64,000 nt of DNA from Escherichia coli (GTDB taxonomy: Bacteria; Pseudomonadota; Gammaproteobacteria; Enterobacterales; Enterobacteriaceae), in NCBI RefSeq assembly GCF_050920415.1, contig NZ_CP169309.1; one strand, written 5' to 3'. Positions 21,948 through 36,102 of this stretch are shown piece after piece. Position numbers and translations under genes: made by a program. Position 1 is the stretch's first letter, and each line of letters begins with the position of its first letter. Under the pieces are notes generated by a model. The model was not told where the DNA came from. It made no database searches and worked only from the letters and a program-made list of their open reading frames with translations.

Positions 21948-22799
21948 ATCTCACACCTCCAGGAATCCCCGCTGAAGCCATCATTAATGCGACATCATCC
22001 TCACTGACATCCACCACATCCGCAGAAGGTGAAATATCGCCCCCTCCTTCCCCACCAAACCGGATGCCTCCGGCAAGTCCTGCCGCTTTCTGCATCAGCA
22101 TTTTTTCCTCATCCGCCATCTCCGTCTGCTCTTCCTCACGCCGGGGGGCAAGCAGACTGAAGTCCGAGGGATACATATCCGGATCGCAAAAAAACAGGCT
22201 GAGTACGGTGTACGTCAGCCCGGAAAAATGCATATCCAGTTGGGTATCGTGAAAATAATGCGTGCGGTAAAAATGTCGCCAGTCGGCATATTCGGTGGAT
22301 GTCATCCCGGCAAGCATGGCGCGCCAGTCAGGCCTCCCCATCTCACGCGCCAGTCTGAGGGCAAAATTCAGCTCGCCGTCGAAGACTTTCCCGCAGAAAA
22401 ATCATCATCAGTAAGCGCATTATTTTTCTCCACTTCGGTGATATCCGTATCCACATGAACAGGCTCACTCATCCCGGACAGACGCAACACCACGTCTTCC
22501 GCCCGGGCAATGGCATCAGCAGGCCAGGTGGTCAGGACTTCCTGCTCAATCTGCATCACAGCCTCATTCATTGACGGTGACTCCGTTTTCTGCGGATGGT
22601 TATGCCACAGGGACATCGCCACCAGAAACGCCCCGGTTCTGACAAGGTCTTCCACGCTCACCTGCAGGTTGCCGCTGGCTTCAGACTCTTCTGCCCGCCG
22701 TTTCAGGAGGGCAAGATGCTCTATACGCTGCAGCGCAGACAGTTCGGAAAGGGTGACGGACACACCGTTATATTCAAATTCTTCTGTTTTCAGAAACAT
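21928..22799 (-). CDS. G/T: tail assembly chaperones G and G-T (programmed -1 frameshift)
   Basis: G = 22368-22799 (MFLKTEEFEYNGVSVTLSELSALQRIEHLAL...); slippery GCG GGA AAG at 22387-22395 (minus strand) links the -1 frame ORF 21928-22341. Confidence 0.85.
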
Positions 22800-22812
22800 G
22801 TATTACCTCCGT

Positions 22813-23565
22813 TTACCCTGCAGCGCCCGCTTCAGTAACGGTGACTTCAGCTACCGTGGCAAACTGACCATTACCGGAAATCACGGGGATACTCACTTTT
22901 CCAGCCTTAACCCCCGTCACAGTGATCACCATATCTTTCACAGCAATGGTTCCCGTTGACGGATCGGCGGAAACCGCTCTGAACGTCTTGTCGGTTGCAC
23001 TTTCCGGCTCAAAAGAAACAGTCAGGGTGGTTGCTTTCCCTTTTTCCACAGTACCGGATGTCGGCGTCACCTTAATTGCAGTGACCGGCGTAATTTCGCT
23101 GCGTTCTTCCGCCACGGAGGGTTTGCCCACGTTGGTAACTTTCACTGTTCGGGTGATCACTTCTTTCGCCGTCACGGCCTTACCGATACTGCTGACCCAG
23201 CCACGAAACACATCCACCGTGCCATTCGGAAAACGGATTTTATAGGCCCGGACATCGCCGCTTTCAAACCAGCCTATAAGCCCTTTCTGGCCTTCCTCTC
23301 CCGGTTTCCAGGCCAGCGTAAAACTGGTATCACCCGCAGATTTCTGTCCCTGCCCGGTCGCGGTCCAGTCCGCGTCTTCATCATCCAGGTAGTTATCATC
23401 GTAGGATTCTGCCGTCATCTCGCCGGGTGTCAGATCCTTCACCTTAGCCAGTCGCTGCCAGTCATCGTCTGACAACGGGTTTGCATAAGCATCACCCGTG
23501 CCGGTGTAAACCCACAGTGTGGTACCGGCACCTTTTACCGGCGCCAGGGGATTTGGTGTTGCCAT
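22813..23565 (-). CDS. V: major tail protein V
   Basis: 250 aa, lambda V with C-terminal Ig-like domain. Confidence 0.9.
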   Translation of the reverse strand: MATPNPLAPVKGAGTTLWVYTGTGDAYANPLSDDDWQRLAKVKDLTPGEMTAESYDDNYLDDEDADWTATGQGQKSAGDTSFTLAWKPGEEGQKGLIGWFESGDVRAYKIRFPNGTVDVFRGWVSSIGKAVTAKEVITRTVKVTNVGKPSVAEERSEITPVTAIKVTPTSGTVEKGKATTLTVSFEPESATDKTFRAVSADPSTGTIAVKDMVITVTGVKAGKVSIPVISGNGQFATVAEVTVTEAGAAG

Positions 23566-23572
23566 ATCGTCC

Positions 23573-23968
23573 TCACATCTCGTATGTAATGGAATAAGTC
23601 AGATCTGCAGAACTCCACAATGCCATATCGTCATCACGACGATAGTCATAGCCCTGCGTAACCATCGTGGTAATCATGCCTGCCAGTGCAGGGATCGCCG
23701 CCATCGCCGGGTAAATCCGGCTTTCCATCCACTGATCAAGCTCTGAATCCGGTACCTGTGCCGGTAAAAACACCTCAATATGCAGTGTGGCCCGCCAGGT
23801 ATCTGCATCCAGCTCTTCACCGGTATACTCTGCATCCGTCAGATAAACCGCGACCGCGGGAAAATCCTCTTCGTCAAAAACAACGGGGCGACCATCAAAC
23901 AGCGTCGCCCCGTGTTCATGCTGCTCCAGTGCATCCAGCACTGCCCCGCGGATATCAGTATGTTTCAT
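23573..23968 (-). CDS. U: tail terminator protein U
   Basis: 131 aa, lambda U. Confidence 0.85.
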   Translation of the reverse strand: MKHTDIRGAVLDALEQHEHGATLFDGRPVVFDEEDFPAVAVYLTDAEYTGEELDADTWRATLHIEVFLPAQVPDSELDQWMESRIYPAMAAIPALAGMITTMVTQGYDYRRDDDMALWSSADLTYSITYEM

Positions 23969-24498
23969 CGTTTTATCGCAATCCTCAGTTGTTGTTTCAG
24001 CGCGTATGCCAGTTCTTCTGGCAGGCGTTCACGCCGGATACGGTCAACGTTCTCATCAAACGCCTGTTTCAGCGGGGCCGCCATCGGGATTTTCACCACA
24101 TCAATGGGGTAACGGTTTTTCCCGGCCACACGCTGCATGACATGCCAGCGACCGTTTTTTAATCGCTGGATAAATGCCCGCTGATACCGATGCTGACCAG
24201 CTTTAAGTATGCTGTTCGGACGACGGCCCAGCCTCCTGATCCCCAGCTTAATCACAGGAAGATCACCGCGGTTAACGATAATTTTTGCATTCGGATTTCT
24301 GACCGTCGCCCTTTTCAGCCTGGCCCTTTCCTTTACCAGTTTCCGGCGTACCTTTGTCTCACGGGCAACCTGTGACGCCGACTGATTTATTGCCGTTGTG
24401 GCCACACGGTTAATGGCCATTGCTGAAGCAGCAGGAATGGCGTTTTTACGAACCCGGCTCAGATTATCAATCGCCTGATCAAGCCCTTTTATCGCCAT
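23965..24498 (-). CDS. Z: tail completion protein Z
   Basis: 177 aa, position and similarity to lambda Z. Confidence 0.8.
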   Translation of the reverse strand: MAIKGLDQAIDNLSRVRKNAIPAASAMAINRVATTAINQSASQVARETKVRRKLVKERARLKRATVRNPNAKIIVNRGDLPVIKLGIRRLGRRPNSILKAGQHRYQRAFIQRLKNGRWHVMQRVAGKNRYPIDVVKIPMAAPLKQAFDENVDRIRRERLPEELAYALKQQLRIAIKR

Positions 24499-24513
24499 AA
24501 TTTCACCCTGCGT

Positions 24514-24867
24514 TTATCGTCGCCGGTTAACTGCGGGTGGTTGCCCACGGTTGAGCCAGATATAACAGCTGCCCCCGTCATCCGGAGAAACACGATCCGC
24601 CCAGAACATCTCGCCGTTAATGGTCAGCGTGTCTCCACGCCGCAGTTGCCGCACATCATCAGTCCGGACAAACAGGGACGGGCTGGAGCCTTCAACGCGC
24701 ACGCCCTGTCCGGCATAGCTGATATTTTCAGGGTCATCAAAAACACCACGTATCACAGCACCGGACTGCTCACCGGATGTCATGGTGGCTGACGTTCCCA
24801 TGTACCCGCGTATCGTTTCATCGGCGCGGGCAATGGCAGCATCGAACAGGTTATCGAAATCAGCCAC
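24514..24867 (-). CDS. FII: head-tail connector FII
   Basis: 117 aa lambda FII. Confidence 0.8.
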   Translation of the reverse strand: MADFDNLFDAAIARADETIRGYMGTSATMTSGEQSGAVIRGVFDDPENISYAGQGVRVEGSSPSLFVRTDDVRQLRRGDTLTINGEMFWADRVSPDDGGSCYIWLNRGQPPAVNRRR

Positions 24868-24878
24868 AGTGCCTCCCG

Positions 24879-25277
24879 TTATTGCATTCTGGCCAGGCCA
24901 CGTTCTGTCATTTCGGCTGCCACACCGGCAGAGACACGAAACGCCGTTCCCGGCAGCACAAATGCCACAGGTTCATCCCGCGTGGCGTGAAGTGCATCGG
25001 TATGCAGCGTCACCAGTGCCACAACCGTGACCAGAGCAGCCGTATCCTGAATCACGGTATCCGGCTGCGCTGATACCACCTCATTTTCATGCCCGGTCAG
25101 CGCATTTTCCGGGCTGACAGACGTGTCCTGACCGGCTGCGTCATCCGTGTCATCAAGCTCCTCTTCCAGCTCTGCCACACGGAGCGCCAGTTCTTCTTTC
25201 GTCCCCGTCAGGCTGACATCACGGTTCAGTTGCTCACCCAGCGACCGGAGACGGGCAATCAGTTCATCTTTCGTCAT
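24879..25277 (-). CDS. FI: DNA packaging protein FI
   Basis: MTKDELIARLRSLGEQLNRDVSLTGTKEELALRVAELEEELDD... lambda FI; start is M14 of the listed ORF. Confidence 0.85.
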   Translation of the reverse strand: MTKDELIARLRSLGEQLNRDVSLTGTKEELALRVAELEEELDDTDDAAGQDTSVSPENALTGHENEVVSAQPDTVIQDTAALVTVVALVTLHTDALHATRDEPVAFVLPGTAFRVSAGVAAEMTERGLARMQ

Positions 25278-25318
25278 GGACTCCTCCACAGAGAGAAAAT
25301 GGCCCCGAAGGGCCATGA

Positions 25319-26344
25319 TTACGCCAGTTGAACGGATACGAACTCATCAGGATCAGCCAGCAGCATCAGCGGTGCTGACTGAATCATGGTGAACTCTCGC
25401 GCCGGATCGCCGGATGTCTTCCAGTTTTTCGGATAACGGGGAGACGCATTAATACCCTCACTCAATGCATCCGCATCCTGAATACAGCCATAGGTGCGCA
25501 GACCGCGTGCATGAGTGTTACCCAGCACCATCGTGTTGTCCGGCAGGAAGTTCTTTTTGACGCCGTTTTCCACGTACTGTCCGGAATACACGACGATGGC
25601 CACATCGCCATACATTCCCTTATAAGACACCGCTTTGCCCAGGTCTTTTACCGCTGTCTCCAGTTCGGAATGAGAGCCGCGACGGGTATCCAGCTTCTCC
25701 CTGACGGCTTTGAAGGAACGGAACTGCGCCCAGCCTTTCGGATCAAACACGATGATATTCACCACACCGCTGGCGTTCAGCGCGTAGGCTTCGATATCGT
25801 CGGTCGGGTCATATGTGGACTTGTCACGCTTGCTCCACTCCGTGCCGCCGGACTGCGTGATGTTGTTCGCCGCACTGCGGCCCATATCCACCTCAACCGG
25901 ATCGAAGGCTTCACCGGTCATGGTGTATTTGCCCTTGAGCACGGCAGAAACGGCCTGCATCTCTTCGACCTGAGCAATGGCCAGCTCTTCGTCTCGCATG
26001 TTCTGCATGATGATGCGACGGCGGCGGTAAGCCGGGTCCGCCAGATTCTGCGGATCTTCATCCGGCAGGCGACGCAGGGTCATCTGCGGATTCACCTCAT
26101 GCTTGGGCTTGACATATCCCGGTGTAAATTCAGAGGTGGAGCCGCCACGGGAGCGGATAACCTCACCGGAAACAATCGGCGAAACGTACAGCGCCATGTT
26201 TACCAGTCCCGGAATTTGTGAGAGATAGACTTTCTCCGTGGTGAAGGGATAGCTCTCACGGAAAAAGAGACGCAGAAACAGCGGATCAAACTTAAATTTC
26301 TGCTCATTTGCCGCCAGCAGTTGGGCGGTTGTGTACATCGACAT
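25319..26344 (-). CDS. E: major capsid protein E
   Basis: 341 aa lambda E. Confidence 0.9.
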   Translation of the reverse strand: MSMYTTAQLLAANEQKFKFDPLFLRLFFRESYPFTTEKVYLSQIPGLVNMALYVSPIVSGEVIRSRGGSTSEFTPGYVKPKHEVNPQMTLRRLPDEDPQNLADPAYRRRRIIMQNMRDEELAIAQVEEMQAVSAVLKGKYTMTGEAFDPVEVDMGRSAANNITQSGGTEWSKRDKSTYDPTDDIEAYALNASGVVNIIVFDPKGWAQFRSFKAVREKLDTRRGSHSELETAVKDLGKAVSYKGMYGDVAIVVYSGQYVENGVKKNFLPDNTMVLGNTHARGLRTYGCIQDADALSEGINASPRYPKNWKTSGDPAREFTMIQSAPLMLLADPDEFVSVQLA

Positions 26345-26398
26345 AAAAAAATCCCGTAAAAAAGCCGCACAGGCGGCCTTTAGTGATGAAGGGTCAGG

Positions 26399-26737
26399 TT
26401 AAACGATGCTGATTGCCGTTCTGGCAAACGCGGTCCGTTTTTTCGTCTCGTCGCTGGCAGCCTCCGGCCAGAGCACATCCTCATAACGGAACGTGCCGGA
26501 CTTGTAGAACGTCAGTGTGGTGCTGGTCTGGTCAGCAGCAACCGCAAGAATGCCAACGGCAGCACCGTCGGTGGTGCCATCCCACGCAACCAGTTTACGG
26601 GTGGAGGTGTCCAGCATCAGCGGGGTCATTGCAGGCGCTTTCGCACTCAATCCGCCGGGCGCGGTTGCGGTATGAGCCGGGTCACTGTTGCCCAGCGGCT
26701 GGTAATGGGTAAAGGTTTCTTTGCTCGTCATAAACAT
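26399..26737 (-). CDS. D: head decoration protein D
   Basis: 112 aa lambda D. Confidence 0.85.
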   Translation of the reverse strand: MFMTSKETFTHYQPLGNSDPAHTATAPGGLSAKAPAMTPLMLDTSTRKLVAWDGTTDGAAVGILAVAADQTSTTLTFYKSGTFRYEDVLWPEAASDETKKRTAFARTAISIV

Positions 26738-26740
26738 CCC

Positions 26741-28040
26741 TTACACTGGTGTGTTCAGCAAATCGTTAACGGCATCAGATGCCGGGTTACCTGCAGCCAG
26801 CGGTGCCGGTGCCCCCTGCATCAGACGATCCAGCGCAGTGTCACTGCGCGCCTGTGCACTCTGTGGTGCTGCGGCCAGAATGCGGCGGGCCGTTTCCACG
26901 GTCATACCGGGGGTTTCTGCCAGCACGCGAGCCTGTTCTTCGCGTCCGTGAGCCTCCTCACAGTTGAGGATCCCCATAATGCGGCTGTTTTCTGCCGCAA
27001 CCGCTGCGGTGATCTGCGCGTTCACGTCCGGCTGCGCCGCGCTGGCGTTCTCGCCCTCCTTCGCTGGCTCCACGCTGGTGATGTCAGCCTGCGAAGCAGT
27101 GGCTGAAACAGTTGTTGATTGAGTCTCTTTGGTCATTCGCCCTCCTGAGAGACGGGATTTACGTGCATCCAGTGCATCACGCATGACGGTGATCGCATCG
27201 GTGCTGTTAACAAGTTCATCAGCCAGTCCGGCATCAATGGCCTCCTGACCGCTGTACACTGCAGCCTCGGTATCCAGCACAGCCTGCACGGACAGGCCGG
27301 TATATGCCGACACCTTCTGTGCAAACATCCGGCGGGTTGCATCCATCCGGGACTGCAGTGTTTCCCGGACATCATCCGGTAGATGGCTGTAGGGGTTGCC
27401 ATCCACCTTATGGCTGCCGCTGTAAATCAGCGTGATTTCCACGCCCTGTTTCTCCAGCGCAGCGCCGTAATTACTGTGAGCCATCATGACGCCGATGGAG
27501 CCTGTCCGGGCGGTCTGCGTGACCAGACGTCGGGAGGCGGCGCTGGCAAGCAACTGACCTGCACTGCAGTTCATGTCGTTGGCCAGCGCCCATACCGGCT
27601 TTATGTCACGCACACGGGCGATGATGTCAGCGCAGTCAAATGCCCCTGCCACCATCCCGCCTGGCGTATCCATATCGAGCAGAATGCCGGCCACCATCGG
27701 GTCGCTGGCAGCCTGTTGCAGACGGGCGATAATGCCGTTGTAACCGGTCATCCCCGAATACGGCTGCAGCGCCCGCGTCCGGCTGACCAGCGTGCCGGAC
27801 ACCGGCAGCACGGCGATGCCGTTCATGACCTGATAACTGCGGGCCTGTCGTGGTCCGTCATCATCACCGGATAACGCCAGCGTCGCGGGTGCCTCTCCGG
27901 CAGCCAGGCTGTCACCGGACACCGCATCCGTCAGGCGGCTGATCCCAAGCTGGCCAGCAAGCGCACAAAAGAAAACCCGCGCATAGGCGGGTTCAAGCAT
28001 CAGCGGCTCATTAAAGGCCATGCTGGCAATATGCGGGAGA

Positions 28041-28060
<20 letters not shown>
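26741..28060 (-). CDS. C: head protease/scaffold C (Nu3 scaffold nested in its 3' part)
   Basis: GTG start giving (M)TAELRNLPHIASMAFNEPLMLEPAYARVFF... lambda C; ClpP/S49-like peptidase motifs. Confidence 0.8.
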
Positions 28061-31741
<3,681 letters not shown>

Positions 31742-31767
<26 letters not shown>

Positions 31768-32287
31768 TCAGCAACCCCGGTATCAGTTCATCCAGCGCAG
31801 CTGCTTTGTTCATGGCTTTGATGATATCCCGTTTCAGGAAATCAACATGTCGGTTTTCCAGTTCCGGAAAACGCCGCTGCAACGACAGGGGGATCCCGTC
31901 GAGAATACTGGCAATTTCACCTGCGATCCGCGACAGCACGAAAGTACAGAATGCGGTTTCCACCACTTCAGCGGAGTCTCTGGCATTCTTCAGTTCCTGT
32001 GCGTCGGCCTGCGCACGCGTAAGTCGATGGCGTTCGTACTCAATAGTCCCTGGCTGGAGATCTGCCTCGCTGGCCTGCCGCAGTTCTTCAACCTCCCGGC
32101 GCAGCTTTTCGTTCTCAATTTCAGCATCCCTTTCGGCATACCATTTTATAACGGCGGCAGAGTCATAAAGCACCTCATTACCCTTGCCACCGCCTCGCAG
32201 AACGGGCATTCCCTGTTCCTGCCAGTTCTGAATGGTACGGATACTCGCACCGAAAATGTCAGCCAGCTGCTTTTTGTTGACTTCCAT
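31742..32287 (-). CDS. Nu1: terminase small subunit Nu1
   Basis: MEVNKKQLADIFGASIRTIQNWQEQGMPV... lambda Nu1 wHTH. Confidence 0.9.
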
Positions 32288-32289
32288 TG

Positions 32290-32480
32290 TTCATTCCACG
32301 GCCAAAAACAGAGAAAGGAAACGACAGAGGCCCAAAAGCTCGTTTTCAGCACCTGTCGTTTCCTTTCTTTTCAGGGGGTATTTTAAATAAAAACATTAAG
32401 TTACGACGAAGAAGAACGGAAATGCCTTAAACCGGAAAATTTTCATAAATAGCGAAAACCCGCGAGGTCGCCGCCCCGTA
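32290..32480. other. cos region (cosB/cosN); 12-nt cohesive-end sequence at 32465-32476
   Basis: Reverse complement of lambda cos: aggtcgccgccc = RC of GGGCGGCGACCT; adjacent Nu1-side sequence aaacgacagaggc... matches lambda cosB. Confidence 0.75.
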
Positions 32481-32675
32481 ACAGGCCGGATCGCCAGAAA
32501 GGACCCTAAAATGATAATAATTATCAATTAAATAAAAGTTATCTCAACCGACAAGTTCACCATGAAAGAGGACAAATAATGAGTTCGGTCTCAATGCATT
32601 AATTGATCTGCATCAAATTTAAGTAAAAACATCTTTGGACAATACAGAACACTGCCGTGAATATGGAAAAAGACA

Positions 32676-32888
32676 ATGTCATCGAAGAACAAAACCAGCA
32701 AAACAACAACCCGTAACATCCGTTTTCCCAATCACATGATTGAGCAGATCAATATCGCCCTTGAGCATAAAGGCTCCGGCAACTTTTCGGCATGGGTTAT
32801 TGAAGCCTGTCGCCGGAGGCTGGCAGCAGACATAAAATGTGCCCGTCAGTTAACTGTAACAAAGAATGATACACCGTCTGCTCTGTGA
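32676..32888 (+). CDS. DUF3950 (YlcI/YnfO-family) prophage protein
   Basis: TRNIRFPNHMIEQINIALEHKGSGNFSAWVIEACRRRL matches DLP12 YlcI family. Confidence 0.7.
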   Translation: MSSKNKTSKTTTRNIRFPNHMIEQINIALEHKGSGNFSAWVIEACRRRLAADIKCARQLTVTKNDTPSAL

Positions 32889-33032
32889 TAACTGTTCATA
32901 TAACCATTTCTTTATATTGCTGAATTTACAAAAAGTCGCAGTTATTAGTCGTATTTATTCCGAATTGAAATCATCCGTCATATAAAATAAAAAAGAATAA
33001 CAATAATAATCTTCTACCCTTATCAGTACCTT

Positions 33033-33062
33033 TACTGCTGTGCTCCAACACAGCAGTTTTTT
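33033..33062 (+). terminator. rho-independent terminator
   Basis: ctgctgtgctccaacacagcag plus ttttttt. Confidence 0.5.
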
Positions 33063-33675
33063 TGATTATGCTCACATATTTTTCATCCCCACCGCACTGC
33101 ACATTATAACTGTTGCTTTTCAATTCAGGCTTTGTGCAGGTATGTCTGAATCTCCTCCGGGAGAGGTCTTCATCGTTATCAGCCCCAAAACACACCAGCG
33201 ACACTGACAAAGAGCCTGCGAGTGCAGTTGCCCCGTTTTCATTTTATGATGTATTCACCCAGTCAAATAATGAGCAAATTCAATCCATGTCAGACGGCAG
33301 AGAATCATAAAATTTAACCATCGTGCTTACATAAACAATCCGATAAAGACTTAACATACTTAAAATCGCATATTGCATAAGAATAAATAATAAGTCATCA
33401 AAAAACATCGGGCAAAACTACCGCAACTCCAGTTAAAAAGACAATATATTAATCCAGCGACCTCATTTATTATTCAGAAATGCTTAATAATAAGATATTT
33501 CCTGTTATTCCTTTATGGAGATGGGTAACTGCTCCATGCCAGTCTTGTTGAATGGCTCAAAAAATAAGAGAATAATTCATAACATATATTGTAATTCAGG
33601 CTCGGTTATTTCGAATTGAATACTTGCATTAAAATCTGATAAAAAATTCGTCATAACAACAACATTCTCTTCTGC

Positions 33676-33708
33676 ATGTGCCATAACCTGCCGTAACAAC
33701 CCGGCAGG
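33676..33708 (+). terminator. rho-independent terminator (ends a possible small RNA)
   Basis: cctgccgtaacaacccggcagg plus ttttttt; no upstream CDS within 700 bp. Confidence 0.55.
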
Positions 33709-33922
33709 TTTTTTTATTGAATAAATTTCCGGTTTCTTCCACCATCGCACCGGCCAGGCGACTATGAGGGGACAACGCCGCGCTCCGTTAACGCAGTAAA
33801 CCCCGGTGTGTATCGTTTTTGATTATCCCCGCACACTCGCGCAGAGGAGTCTCCCTGTCGGGCTACGGTCTCTGTTAATACGGGAATACGGCGACAATAC
33901 CGCGCATGGATAATAAGGTCGC

Positions 33923-34147
33923 TCAACACACTGGCTGTAATGCAGCCGATACCATGCGGCATTTAGCGGCATTCATCGTACACTCAACGGTTAGCTCTTC
34001 ATTCGTGGCATTCACCTGAAAGATCCGGGAGTGTAATTGCGTACATTTACCACTGAACGAACCTTCAACAAGAACACGACCACGCTGCAAAATACGGAAC
34101 AGAATTGTTCCCTGAAAAGGCTTTACGGTTACCAGTAATTTCTTCAT
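33923..34147 (-). CDS. hypothetical protein downstream of Rz
   Basis: ORF MKKLLVTVKPFQGTILFRILQRG..., same strand directly after Rz; no recognised family. Confidence 0.35.
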   Translation of the reverse strand: MKKLLVTVKPFQGTILFRILQRGRVLVEGSFSGKCTQLHSRIFQVNATNEELTVECTMNAAKCRMVSAALQPVC

Positions 34148-34170
34148 GCATTCTCCGGATAACAAAAATA

Positions 34171-34638
34171 CTAGTTAATACACTGAGTGCGGATATATTC
34201 CTGCGCCCCTTCCAGCTGCTTCTGCATCATCATCAACCGCTCTCTGAGAGTGAAATAATCCCGTTCAACTGTGTCTGCCAGTCGGGGGCCGGTTGCATTA
34301 TCCACGCCGGAGGTGCCGGTGGCTTCACGCACGGTACCGGAGCAGGTGGCGTTGATCCGCAGGCGCTTACGACCAGCGGCAACATCAGCACGCAGAGTTT
34401 CATTTTCAGCTCTCGCATCGGCTAATTCCCTCGAGTATCTGGCATCAAGTGCAGCGACATCACGCTGGCGTATCTGCATATCAGTAATTGTCGCGTTCGC
34501 CAGCTCCAGCTCTCTGACTTTTTTATCGCGCTGCGCTTTGTAGGTGATGGCGTTATCGCGGTAATGATTCAGCCCCAGACCAAGCGCACCACAGGCTACC
34601 AGCAGGACAATAATCACCACACACAGAACACGGTTCAT
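34171..34638 (-). CDS. Rz: i-spanin Rz
   Basis: N-terminal [22 protein letters not shown], coiled-coil periplasmic domain; lambda Rz-like. Confidence 0.85.
   Translation of the reverse strand: MNRVLCVVIIVLLVACGALGLGLNHYRDNAITYKAQRDKKVRELELANATITDMQIRQRDVAALDARYSRELADARAENETLRADVAAGRKRLRINATCSGTVREATGTSGVDNATGPRLADTVERDYFTLRERLMMMQKQLEGAQEYIRTQCIN
34233..34418 (-). CDS. Rz1: o-spanin Rz1 (embedded in +1 frame of Rz)
   Basis: [22 protein letters not shown] lipobox, Pro-rich ...[27 protein letters not shown] as lambda Rz1. Confidence 0.8.
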   Translation of the reverse strand: MRELKMKLCVLMLPLVVSACGSTPPAPVPCVKPPAPPAWIMQPAPDWQTQLNGIISLSESG

Positions 34639-34766
34639 ATCCCCCTCACCCCATCATCCCCGACGAAGACAACATCATCCAGCCTAAGAGCAACCAGCAT
34701 TAGTGAAAATGAAATGCCGACGATTACACAGAGGATCTTCGCCAGCGTTATGAGCTTGTCTGACAT
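34635..34766 (-). CDS. 43-aa single-TM peptide, translationally coupled to Rz (ATGA overlap)
   Basis: [43 protein letters not shown]; gagga RBS; stop overlaps Rz start. Confidence 0.45.
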   Translation of the reverse strand: MSDKLITLAKILCVIVGISFSLMLVALRLDDVVFVGDDGVRGI

Positions 34767-34778
34767 GCTTAATCCTCT

Positions 34779-35039
34779 TCACGATTTCAACGCAATGACC
34801 AGTTTTGCCAGCCCATACAGCATCGGAGACACAGCAATACCGACCGCCACCCACTTAATAGCAAAAGCCAGCGCTCTGCTGATGTCATCAGTTACAGGCG
34901 CTTTCAGTTCAAGGCCGTTTTTCATAGTCAACCTCAACAGAATTCGTTTATACTTTTCCATGTTCTCCCTTGCCTTATCCAAGGTCAGAAACACAAAACC
35001 CCGCTTGCTGCCAACAAACGGGGTTTTACTTTTATTCAC
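34779..35039 (-). CDS. 86-aa C-terminally membrane-anchored protein between endolysin and Rz
   Basis: C-terminal TM AFAIKWVAVGIAVSPMLYGLAKLVIAL; same strand within the lysis cassette. Confidence 0.45.
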   Translation of the reverse strand: MNKSKTPFVGSKRGFVFLTLDKARENMEKYKRILLRLTMKNGLELKAPVTDDISRALAFAIKWVAVGIAVSPMLYGLAKLVIALKS

Positions 35040-35116
35040 TTAGGTTTTGCCAGTTCGCAGGATTTCGTGTTATCCGTCCGCGTTGGTCAACGTCATTTTT
35101 CAGCAAAATATTCTGC

Positions 35117-35650
35117 TTATCTGTCGATTCCCCAGCACGCCAGCGCGCTCTCCTGGTCACGACGGGATATCTGACCGTAACAGTTGTTTGAGCGGATACG
35201 GCAGTCTCTGCCACCGTCCTTAATCCACCAGCGAATCGCTTCACACGCTCCCCTGCGATCGCCTGCATTAATTCGTTTATAAAACGTCGACGGGAAACAC
35301 TTACCGGGGCCAATGTTATACGGGCAGAATGACGCGATCCCCGCTTTCTGGGGTTCAGTCAGTGGCACTTTGATGTTTTTCGCCACCCATGCCAGCGCCT
35401 TATCACGTTCAATGGCGTTAACCCGGTCGCATTTTTCCTTTGACAGCTTCATGCCAGGAATAACAGGCTTACCATCCACCCGGGTGGCTCCACGGCAGAT
35501 GGTCCAGATCCCCGCACCATCACGGTATGCCGTGGTGTGGTTACCTTCCTTTTCATCCAGAAACTGGTCGAGGATTTCAGGCGCAGGCGCACCTGCGGCA
35601 ATCAGCGCCAGAACGGCAGCCGACAGACCGTATTTGATTTTGGTGTTCAT
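35117..35650 (-). CDS. R: SAR endolysin (GH24 T4-lysozyme family, signal-anchor-release type)
   Basis: N-terminal Gly/Ala-rich TM YGLSAAVLALIAAGAPA; catalytic E-x8-D-x5-T (EGNHTTAYRDGAGIWT). Confidence 0.85.
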   Translation of the reverse strand: MNTKIKYGLSAAVLALIAAGAPAPEILDQFLDEKEGNHTTAYRDGAGIWTICRGATRVDGKPVIPGMKLSKEKCDRVNAIERDKALAWVAKNIKVPLTEPQKAGIASFCPYNIGPGKCFPSTFYKRINAGDRRGACEAIRWWIKDGGRDCRIRSNNCYGQISRRDQESALACWGIDR

Positions 35651-35778
35651 GGATATTTATCAGGATTTATCGGTTCCGAATCCCTGGATATGTTAAGTCT
35701 TCAGCCTGCCAGTGGTGGGCACTGGTGTTTTACCTGATGGCTGAAATATATCTGACAATTCCCGTCGAGGATTTAGCA

Positions 35779-36093
35779 ATGTATAACGATGAACATAAAT
35801 ATACCGCCTGCATGCAGGCCATGAATGAACAATTTAAATCAGCATTCCTTAAACTCATTCAGCAAAACCACAAAGCAGTAAAATCCATTCAGGCTGAGCC
35901 GTATGGACACCTCACACCACCAACTCTCGACATTATGTCCAGAATATTAACACCAGCCATGCTTCTACGTCTGAAAGACAATATAAATGACTGGTTAAAC
36001 GAAGAATTAAACTACCTTGAATGTGAGTGGGATCATCATTACGCCAAATCACAAAAAGAACGCATCTTCCGTCGATTATCCGGCAACAGATAA
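35779..36093 (+). CDS. hypothetical protein (inserted gene inside the lysis cassette, convergent)
   Basis: Low-GC ORF MYNDEHKYTACMQAMNEQFKS... with agga RBS; possible upstream in-frame ATG at 35725. Confidence 0.4.
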   Translation: MYNDEHKYTACMQAMNEQFKSAFLKLIQQNHKAVKSIQAEPYGHLTPPTLDIMSRILTPAMLLRLKDNINDWLNEELNYLECEWDHHYAKSQKERIFRRLSGNR

Positions 36094-36102
36094 CGAGCCA
36101 GC

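Noticed and set aside
33762-33962. 66-aa minus ORF and the GC-rich patch at 33740-33920
   Set aside because: No RBS or start context, and it overlaps the start of the 74-aa Rz-downstream ORF. Probably a gene remnant.
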